Shown here: positions 46,823-53,946 of the stretch, in pieces
Position numbering within the stretch: the first letter of the stretch is position 1
Layout of the letters: every line of letters begins with the position of its first letter
Source of the DNA: Alphaproteobacteria bacterium
Lineage (GTDB): Bacteria; Pseudomonadota; Alphaproteobacteria; Bin95
Length of the DNA: 56,882 nt
Reading direction: 5' to 3'
NCBI GenBank assembly: GCA_026710105.1
Contig: JAPORR010000084.1
Coordinates: 1-56,882, forward strand
The notes under the pieces: generated by a model
Databases searched by the model: none
The model's input: the letters and a program-made list of their open reading frames with translations, nothing else
Told to the model about the DNA's origin: nothing
Translations under genes and position numbers: made by a program

Positions 46823-47020
46823 GAATGTCATCAGTGTGAGCGCCGCGATGCCGAGCCGCGCAGGGTGGATTTCGCCTGGGCCGAGTTCACCACCATCTGT
46901 CGGAGACTGCTCAAGGTCGGCGCCCGGGTGGTAGAGAAGACCGCCCGTATCCACTGCGCCTGTCCCGACGCCGCCGTCTTCCGACTCTTGGCGGTCCGGT
47001 TTGCGACCTCCGGACTCTGA
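46823..47020 (+). mobile_element. probable relic of an IS1380-family transposase C-terminus
   Basis: The frame reads '...AEFTTICRRLLKVGARVVEKTARIHCACPDAAVFRLLAVRF...*'. From memory this resembles the conserved IS1380 transposase tail ('...LRLLKIGA.V...R.....ASACP....F...'). Confidence 0.4.
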
Positions 47021-47191
47021 CCGTCGGGGCAGCATGCCCCACGAACCCAAGCCCGTTCAACCCTCAACTCCGAGTTCGAGACGATAAGACTCCTAGTCCG
47101 GCCTGGCCATGGCTTCCGTGAAAAGGGTGCGCACCGGGCTCCTTCATGCCAGAATGCCGGCGGTGCCAATCTCAGCGAAGAAAGGGAGAGG

Positions 47192-47926
47192 ATGACCGCA
47201 AATTTCGACTACTCGGGAAGGCTTGTGCTGGTCACGGGCGGGTCGAGCGGCATCGGCCGGGCGATCGCCGTCGGTTTTCGGGATGCCGGCGCGACGGTCA
47301 CAGTTCTTGGCACACAGGACGGGCCCGAGGATTATCCCGATGAACTTTCGGGCATGACTTACCGCCAACTCGACATGATCGATAATGACGGTATCCTCGC
47401 GCTTGCCTCCGACATGCCAGTGCTTGATGTGCTGGTTAACGCAGCTGGCACGACAGTGCGCGGCCCGGCAGCGTTCCAACCAGACAATTTCGAATATACC
47501 GTGCAGGTCAACCTCAACGGTGCCTACCGCATGTCCCATGCTTTCCACGGGCATCTTGAGGTGTCCGGCGGTTCGATAGTCAATATCGCGTCCATGACGA
47601 GCTATTTCTCCTCACCACGAGGGCCAGGCTACGGCGCTTCCAAGGCTGGCATTCTCCAGCTGACACAATCGCTCGCTTCCGCATGGGCGCAAGACGGTAT
47701 CCGCGTCAACGCCATCGCGCCCGGCTGGGTCGCCACCAAGCTCACCGCCCCCGTGCAGGCCAACGAATTGGTGAACCGGAAAATTCTGGAGCGCACACCA
47801 ATGGGCCGCTGGGGGCAACCGGAGGAAATGGCCGGGACGGCACTCTATCTGGCATCTGACGCCGCCGGTTTCGTGACCGGTGTCACGATCCCTGTGGACG
47901 GCGGCTGGTCCGCCGAGGGTATCTGA
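47192..47926 (+). CDS. SDR-family oxidoreductase (3-oxoacyl reductase-like)
   Basis: 'VTGGSSGIGRAIA' and 'YGASKAG' catalytic motif. 244 aa. Confidence 0.9.
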   Translation: MTANFDYSGRLVLVTGGSSGIGRAIAVGFRDAGATVTVLGTQDGPEDYPDELSGMTYRQLDMIDNDGILALASDMPVLDVLVNAAGTTVRGPAAFQPDNFEYTVQVNLNGAYRMSHAFHGHLEVSGGSIVNIASMTSYFSSPRGPGYGASKAGILQLTQSLASAWAQDGIRVNAIAPGWVATKLTAPVQANELVNRKILERTPMGRWGQPEEMAGTALYLASDAAGFVTGVTIPVDGGWSAEGI

Positions 47927-47994
47927 CGGATGCCGCCGCTTCTGCGCCGGCCGTGCGCAAATCCCCAAAGACTGCTACTGGAGGAAGCCTGCTC

Positions 47995-49263
47995 ATGACC
48001 TTGTCCAGCGTGACCGACGTCGACGCATCGTCGCCGAAACACCTCAGAGGACGATACGCGATTGCCGGGGTCGGGGAGACCACCTACATGCGCGGTTCGA
48101 AATACTCGACCCGCTCGCTCGCCACTTGGGCGATCAAGAATGCGATGGATGATGCCGGCCTAGCGCCTGGCGATGTCGACGGCATGCTGAGCTATTCCGG
48201 CAATGACTCGATATTTTGCCCCTTTGTTGCCGGCGATCTGGGCATCCGGCTGAACTTCTACATGGATGTACATGGTGGCGGCTCCTCGACGGAGGCGCTG
48301 ATCGGCATTGCCATCGGCGTCATCGAAGCCGGCATGTGCAAGACAGTGGCAATCTTCAGATCCATGAACGGCTATACCCAAGTGCGGATCGGCGGGACCG
48401 GTGCGCGCTCGGCCGTGCCCATAAATGGCGACCAGATTCACCACCGCGCCTATGGTTGGCAGAGTGCCGGGCAGATGTTTGCGCCGACCTTCCTGCGCCA
48501 CATGTACGATTATGGCACGACGCCAGAGCAAGTGGCCGCGGTCAAAGTCGCTCACTCCAGACACGCTTCCAACAATCCGAAGGCGTATTACAAAAACCGC
48601 CTGACCATCGAAGACGTGGTCAGCAGCCGCATCATCTGCAAGCCGCTACATCTTCTGGACTGCTGCGTCGAAACGGACAATGCGACCTGCCTCATCGTCA
48701 CCAGCCTTGACCGGGCGCGCGACTGCCACCGACCACCGGCGGTAATCCAGTCCGTGGTCGGCCGCTGCTGCAAGCCGCGGGCCGACATGCATTACCAGCA
48801 CGGGCCGATTTCGACCGTTGCCGGTCACTACGCCAAAGACATCTTGTTTCCGAATGCGGGCGTTTCGCCGGACGACATAGACCTCACGGGCTCTTATGAC
48901 GCCTTCACATTCACCACCATGCTGCAGCTGGAAGATTACGGCTTTTGCAGGAAAGGCGAGGGTGGCGACTATGTCTCTTCGGGAATTATCGAACTCGGCG
49001 GCAAGCGACCCAACAACACTTCCGGCGGGCATCTCTGTGAAGGCTATACCCACGGTATGAACATGGTGATCGAGAATACGCGTCAATTGCGTGGCGAGGC
49101 GGATGACAGCTGCCCCGTCGGGCCGGATGGCAAGCACCAGCACACTTATGACTACAGCGAAGGGGGCTGTCGGCAGGTGAAAGATGTGGAGTTAACTGCC
49201 AATCTCGGCTGGGCTATGCCGGGCACAGGCTCCGCCATGATTATGTCCAAAGACACACGCTGA
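47995..49263 (+). CDS. thiolase-fold protein, SCP-x / lipid-transfer type
   Basis: Thiolase-like layout with 'NTSGGHLCEGYTHGMN' near the C-terminus. Start at ATG 47995 (GGAGGA Shine-Dalgarno). Confidence 0.85.
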   Translation: MTLSSVTDVDASSPKHLRGRYAIAGVGETTYMRGSKYSTRSLATWAIKNAMDDAGLAPGDVDGMLSYSGNDSIFCPFVAGDLGIRLNFYMDVHGGGSSTEALIGIAIGVIEAGMCKTVAIFRSMNGYTQVRIGGTGARSAVPINGDQIHHRAYGWQSAGQMFAPTFLRHMYDYGTTPEQVAAVKVAHSRHASNNPKAYYKNRLTIEDVVSSRIICKPLHLLDCCVETDNATCLIVTSLDRARDCHRPPAVIQSVVGRCCKPRADMHYQHGPISTVAGHYAKDILFPNAGVSPDDIDLTGSYDAFTFTTMLQLEDYGFCRKGEGGDYVSSGIIELGGKRPNNTSGGHLCEGYTHGMNMVIENTRQLRGEADDSCPVGPDGKHQHTYDYSEGGCRQVKDVELTANLGWAMPGTGSAMIMSKDTR

Positions 49264-49276
49264 AGGGAACGAGACG

Positions 49277-49798
49277 ATGTCGCTTCAAGGCGAGTATATG
49301 GGCATGATGCTCACAGTCGACGATGTGGACCGTGAAAACTGGGAATTCTTCGCTTGGTGCGATAAAGGCGAGTTCAGGCTGCAGCGGAGCCCTAAAAGCG
49401 GGCTATTGCGGTATCCGCCAACAACCGCCTGCCCGTGGAGCGCGGACCGCAGCTACGAGTGGACGCCGGTCGAAGGTCGAGGTGCCGTGCACTCCTATGT
49501 AGAGGTTCACCACCCGATACAACCGGCTTTCCGCGACAAGGTCCCCTACATGATCCTACTGGTCGATCTTGATACGCAAAAGGGCCAGCCTTCGGCGCAT
49601 GAAGCGCTCAGAGTCGCGGGCAATCTCGTGACGGCCGACGGCGAGTTTGCGCCGCCGGAGGCGATCCAATCCATCGGGATCGGAACGCGTGTCCGGATGG
49701 TGTTCTCGAAGGTCGCAGACGGCTTCTCGCTACCACAATGGACCATTGACGAAGATGCTGAACAGCCCGAGAATCCCTGGCGTTACCCTCAAGAATAG
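49277..49798 (+). CDS. Zn-ribbon/OB-fold protein (DUF35 family)
   Basis: 173 aa. 'CDKGEFRLQRSPKSGLLRYPPTTACPWS' is a rubredoxin-like knuckle, followed by an OB-fold-like segment. Sits directly after the thiolase gene. Confidence 0.82.
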   Translation: MSLQGEYMGMMLTVDDVDRENWEFFAWCDKGEFRLQRSPKSGLLRYPPTTACPWSADRSYEWTPVEGRGAVHSYVEVHHPIQPAFRDKVPYMILLVDLDTQKGQPSAHEALRVAGNLVTADGEFAPPEAIQSIGIGTRVRMVFSKVADGFSLPQWTIDEDAEQPENPWRYPQE

Positions 49799-49810
49799 GC
49801 TGTAAGTGAC

Positions 49811-50905
49811 TCAGGCGACGATATAGTCCCTCAGGACTTCCAGGCTCGGGTCTGCTCCGAGTCCAGGTGCATCCGGCACAGTGATGCGCCCGGACTCGAC
49901 CTTGCAAAGGTCTCCATAAATCTCCGCCTCATGCACACCGAAGAAGCGTTCCACCGGTTCTTCGGTGTCCGCGACGGCGAGGAGATGCAAGGTTGCAAGG
50001 AAGCCTGGCCCAAAATAAGGCGAGTGTGGCACATAGCGGGTATTGTGGAGGTTGCAGAGCATCTCAACCTTGCGCATCTCAGTTACACCGCCGACCTTGG
50101 TGACGCTTGGTTGAGCTACATCCACTGCCTCAGCCTCGAACATGGCCTGAAATTGCCATGCGGTGCAGAGGTTCTCACCGGCGGCAATGCCTATGTCCGT
50201 CCGCTGCCGCAATTCCGCGAGGCCGGTGAAATTCTCCGGCGGCCAGATCGGCTCCTCCAGCCAGTGGACATTGTGCGGTTCGAAAGCGGCCGCCTTCGCC
50301 ACAGCTTCCGCAAGGGTCCATGGGCAATTGGTGTCGACCATCAACTTCGCATCGGCGGGAATGGCGGCGCGAGCGGCGGCCACAGCCGGCTCCATGCGTT
50401 CGTGCAGCTTCACCCAGCGATAACCCTGCGCGACGGCAGCAGCAGCGCGCTCACCTACCAAGTCCGGCTCGAAATAACGCAGCAAACTGGCATAAGCTTC
50501 CAAAGACAGGCGCTGCGCACCGCCAAGCAGACGGTGGAGTGGCATGCCGGCAGCCTTGCCAGCAATATCCCAGAGCGCGATGTCGAGACCAGAAAGCGCA
50601 TAGATCGTCTGTCCATAGCGCCCAAAAATATGCAGCACCTTCTGCAATTCAGCATGGAGCGCAGCGATATCGCTGGCGTCGCGGCCGATGACGAGCGGTG
50701 CAATCATCGTCTCGAGTGCCGCTCGCGTTGAAGGAATCGCATTGAAGCCGAAAGCTTCCCCCCAGCCGACATGGCCTTCTTCCGTCTCAACGCGCACGAG
50801 CAGTGTATCGAGATTGCGCCATTCCGTGCCGCCGAAGCCGGTCGGTGGGCCACCATGGTCGAAAGGAATCGACAGGGTAACGGTTTCGATATTTGTGATC
50901 TTCAC
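49811..50905 (-). CDS. enolase-superfamily enzyme (mandelate racemase / muconate lactonizing family)
   Basis: 364 aa with 'VKLH', 'MVDTNCPW' and 'LEEPIWPPE' metal-ligand pattern. Confidence 0.9.
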   Translation of the reverse strand: MKITNIETVTLSIPFDHGGPPTGFGGTEWRNLDTLLVRVETEEGHVGWGEAFGFNAIPSTRAALETMIAPLVIGRDASDIAALHAELQKVLHIFGRYGQTIYALSGLDIALWDIAGKAAGMPLHRLLGGAQRLSLEAYASLLRYFEPDLVGERAAAAVAQGYRWVKLHERMEPAVAAARAAIPADAKLMVDTNCPWTLAEAVAKAAAFEPHNVHWLEEPIWPPENFTGLAELRQRTDIGIAAGENLCTAWQFQAMFEAEAVDVAQPSVTKVGGVTEMRKVEMLCNLHNTRYVPHSPYFGPGFLATLHLLAVADTEEPVERFFGVHEAEIYGDLCKVESGRITVPDAPGLGADPSLEVLRDYIVA

Positions 50906-51960
50906 GGAGTGGTTGCTCCGTCAGACTCGATCCAGGCGTCCAACATCTTCCGGATGCCGGTTTCGGAAAGCCCATCCCCGATAAAGACAAGCCGGCTTGT
51001 ATGGTCGTCGGAAGGCCAGGCCTCCAGAATCGCTGGCGGATGAAACATGTGCTGTACGCCATGCACGGCGACAGGCGTTTCCAGTCCCGTGACATTCAGG
51101 ATGCCTTTGAGGCGCAGCAATGAGCTGCCTTGAGAGGTAATCAGCGCTTCAAGGAAGCCAACCCATGTGTTCCATGAGCATGCGCCCTCCCGGCGCAGGC
51201 AGAAGGATGCGAACCGCTCGTCGTGCCGGTGGCCATGTTCATGGTCATGATGGTGGTGATGGTCGTGTTCATGAGTATCAAAGGCTTGTTCTCTGAGCCA
51301 GTTGCGAACATCCGCAGACTTAGTTTCCGGATTGTACAGCCCGGCGCCGAAGAGACGGTTAGGAGCAACTTCGCCATGGACCGCCCGGTATTGCGGCGCG
51401 CTCGGGTTGATCGTGGATAGACGCCCCTCCAGAGTCGACAGTGACTCTGCGTCAGCGATATCGGTCTTGGTCAGCAGCAGCCGATCAGCCATAGCCGCCT
51501 GCTTTATCGATTCTTCATGCTGATCGAGTTGCCCGCCGCCATGCACGCTATCCACAGTTGTCACCACGCTGTCGAGCCGGAAACAGGTTGCGACCAAGGG
51601 GTCCGCCATCAGCGTGTGTAGTACCGGTGCGGGATCGGCAAGCCCTGTGGTCTCAATTACGATGCGGTCGAAGAGGGGAATTTCCTCGCGCGCGCGGCGG
51701 CTGAACAGGTCGCGCAAAGTTTCGGCAAGCTCCCCCCGGATCGAGCAGCATATGCAGCCCGAGTCCATAACCATGATGTTCTCGTCGTTCGACGCTGCAA
51801 TCAGATCGTGGTCGAGTCCGATTTCGCCGAATTCGTTGATGACGACGGCGGTCTTTTCCATACCTGGTTGGCGGATCAGGCGGGAAAGCAGGGTGGTCTT
51901 ACCGCTACCGAGAAAGCCAGTGATTACACTGACCGGCAGCAATTCGTTTTCATCGCTCAT
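50902..51960 (-). CDS. COG0523-family G3E GTPase (CobW/zinc metallochaperone-like)
   Basis: P-loop 'GFLGSGKTTLL', metal-binding 'GCICCS', His-rich stretch 'HEHDHHHHHDHEHGHRHDE'. Confidence 0.9.
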   Translation of the reverse strand: MSDENELLPVSVITGFLGSGKTTLLSRLIRQPGMEKTAVVINEFGEIGLDHDLIAASNDENIMVMDSGCICCSIRGELAETLRDLFSRRAREEIPLFDRIVIETTGLADPAPVLHTLMADPLVATCFRLDSVVTTVDSVHGGGQLDQHEESIKQAAMADRLLLTKTDIADAESLSTLEGRLSTINPSAPQYRAVHGEVAPNRLFGAGLYNPETKSADVRNWLREQAFDTHEHDHHHHHDHEHGHRHDERFASFCLRREGACSWNTWVGFLEALITSQGSSLLRLKGILNVTGLETPVAVHGVQHMFHPPAILEAWPSDDHTSRLVFIGDGLSETGIRKMLDAWIESDGATTP

Positions 51961-52199
51961 TGGAAGGCCTTGAAGGTTATGAGCGTGAATGTTTCCGCGA
52001 CACCAGACAGGGTTTGCAAGTGTTCAGTCACGAAATGGCCAGGATCTGCTCCATCTTCCAGATAGCACTTTACCAGAAGGTCGTATTGCCCGGAGGTGGA
52101 GTAGATCTCCGATACCTGCTCCACATCATGCGCCAGCCGGTCGGCGACTTCGTAAGCCTTGCCGAGAGAGCATTTTACCATGACGAAAATCGGTCTCAC
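51957..52199 (-). CDS. stand-alone Lrp/AsnC ligand-binding (RAM) domain protein
   Basis: 80 aa. 'IFVMVKCSLGKAYEVADRLAHDVEQVSEIYSTSGQYDLLVKCY' has the beta-alpha-beta-beta-alpha-beta RAM pattern. No HTH. Confidence 0.78.
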   Translation of the reverse strand: MRPIFVMVKCSLGKAYEVADRLAHDVEQVSEIYSTSGQYDLLVKCYLEDGADPGHFVTEHLQTLSGVAETFTLITFKAFQ

Positions 52200-52226
52200 C
52201 CGTGTCTCCTGGCCCGCTCTGGCGCC

Positions 52227-53588
52227 CTATACCGACTGGGCTTCCCGGCCAGGACGCAGCAGAAATGCGGGGATATGTTCACCAAAAGCCGTATCCGGGC
52301 GAAAGGTTTCAGCCGGGGCCGCCTCTGTATGGCGACGCCTCATCTGCTTAGCAGGTGAGGTCTCGGAACGGCGGCGCGGCCTTTCGCGGGCAAGCGATTC
52401 CGGTTCGACCGAAGCAGCCTTGCCGTTCCGCCGGCGACGTCTCGGCCGGTCGTCCCAATTAGCGGCGTTAACGGTCTCCAGCGCGCGCCGCGGCACATCA
52501 CGGCCGATCAGCTTTTCAATCTTTTGCGTGTGCAGCACGTCATCCGGCTGCGCGATGGTGATTGCCGTGCCAAGCCGACCGGCCCGGCCAGTACGGCCGA
52601 TGCGGTGTACGTAATCCTCCGCATGGATCGGCACGTCGAAATTGAATACATGGCTGACGCGCGGGATGTCCAGCCCGCGCGCCGCGACATCCGAAGCGAC
52701 TAACAGTCGAAGCTCGCCCGAACGGAACCGCTCCAGTGTATCCGTGCGCCGGAATTGCGGCATGTCGCCATGAAGTGCCGACGCCTCAAAGCCATGTTTT
52801 GTTAGAGACTTGACGAGGATGTCGACATCACGCTTGCGGTTACAGAAGATCAGCCCGTTCTCAATCACCTCCGAACGCAGTATCTCCCGCAGCGCCGCGC
52901 GCTTGTCATCGCCATGCACGAGCGCCAGTTGCTGATCGACGGTCTCTGCCGGAGAGGCAGGCGGGGTGACCGTAATTTCCTTCGGTTCGGTCAGGAACCT
53001 GTCCGCCAGCTTGCGAATCTCGGGTGGCATGGTAGCCGAGAAGAAAAGGGTCTGACGCTGATACGGTAGCAGGCCCACAATACGCTCAATATCAGGGATA
53101 AAGCCCATATCCAGCATGCGGTCGGCCTCGTCGATCACAAGCACTTTGACATCGCTGAGCAGAATGCGACCCCGTTCGAAAAGGTCAATCAACCGGCCTG
53201 GTGTGGCAATCAGCACATCGACACCGCGTCCCAGTGCTTTTTCCTGATCGCCGAAGCTCTCTCCACCGATCAGGAGTGCAGTCGCAAGTCGGTGGTATTT
53301 ACCGTAGCGCTCGAAACTCTCGCTCACCTGAGCGGCGAGTTCCCGTGTCGGCTCCAGGATAAGTGAGCGCGGCATCCGCGCTCGTGCCCGACCGGTCGCA
53401 AGCATGTCGATCATCGGCAGGGTGAAGCCAGCGGTCTTGCCCGTGCCCGTCTGGGCGCAACCCAGAACATCGCGCCCCATGAGCACAATGGGAATCGCCT
53501 GTTCTTGTATCGGTGTCGGCTCAGTGTAGCCCGAGTCCTCGACCGCTTTGAGCGTCGCTTCGCTCAAACCAAGATTTCGGAAAGTCAT
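52227..53588 (-). CDS. rhlE: DEAD-box ATP-dependent RNA helicase
   Basis: Q motif 'TPIQEQAIP', 'AQTGTGKT', 'DEAD', 'SAT', 'HRIGRTGRAG' and an Arg-rich C-terminal tail. Start at ATG 53588 ('MTFRNLGL'). Confidence 0.92.
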   Translation of the reverse strand: MTFRNLGLSEATLKAVEDSGYTEPTPIQEQAIPIVLMGRDVLGCAQTGTGKTAGFTLPMIDMLATGRARARMPRSLILEPTRELAAQVSESFERYGKYHRLATALLIGGESFGDQEKALGRGVDVLIATPGRLIDLFERGRILLSDVKVLVIDEADRMLDMGFIPDIERIVGLLPYQRQTLFFSATMPPEIRKLADRFLTEPKEITVTPPASPAETVDQQLALVHGDDKRAALREILRSEVIENGLIFCNRKRDVDILVKSLTKHGFEASALHGDMPQFRRTDTLERFRSGELRLLVASDVAARGLDIPRVSHVFNFDVPIHAEDYVHRIGRTGRAGRLGTAITIAQPDDVLHTQKIEKLIGRDVPRRALETVNAANWDDRPRRRRRNGKAASVEPESLARERPRRRSETSPAKQMRRRHTEAAPAETFRPDTAFGEHIPAFLLRPGREAQSV

Positions 53589-53899
53589 GTGTTCTGTCGA
53601 ATTCTTTCTGATCAAATAGAATTCCCCTATTTTTATGTTGAGTCGCCGGAATGTCAAGGACTCCTGCCGATTGCCCTCGTCCTTAGAGGTCGGGAAGACA
53701 CAAGGCCGAGTGTCGCAGATGTACGGCGGGAGCATCTTTCGGGCAAGGCATGCGCTGTGTATGGCTCCGATGAAGAACTGGCTCCTTCGTATCGGCTGTC
53801 ATGCGCAGCGCCTGCTCGATTGTGTTGACCGACGGTTCTGGCCTCTCTTTGCGGGCCGCATATGCCTCGGCTATGAGTGGCGTTTACAAAGCACGAGAC

Positions 53900-53913
53900 G
53901 GGCACCTGTGCCC
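53900..53913. promoter_or_regulatory. inverted repeat GGGCAC-ct-GTGCCC upstream of the DUF3604-like gene
   Basis: 6-bp arms with a 2-nt spacer, ending 34 nt before ATG 53947. The operator or structural role is speculative. Confidence 0.2.
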
Positions 53914-53946
53914 CCTCGCGCATCCCTGAGAAGCCGGGAGTCGAGC

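Noticed and set aside
46298-47050. 250-aa minus-strand ORF spanning the tyrS 3' end and the following gap
   Set aside because: It is antisense to tyrS for most of its length. The part in the gap is better explained by the plus-strand IS1380-like fragment.
53635-53946. N-terminal 104-codon extension of the DUF3604-like track ORF
   Set aside because: It has an Arg/Cys-rich, non-protein-like composition. ATG 53947 has a GGGAG Shine-Dalgarno, and a sensible protein begins there.
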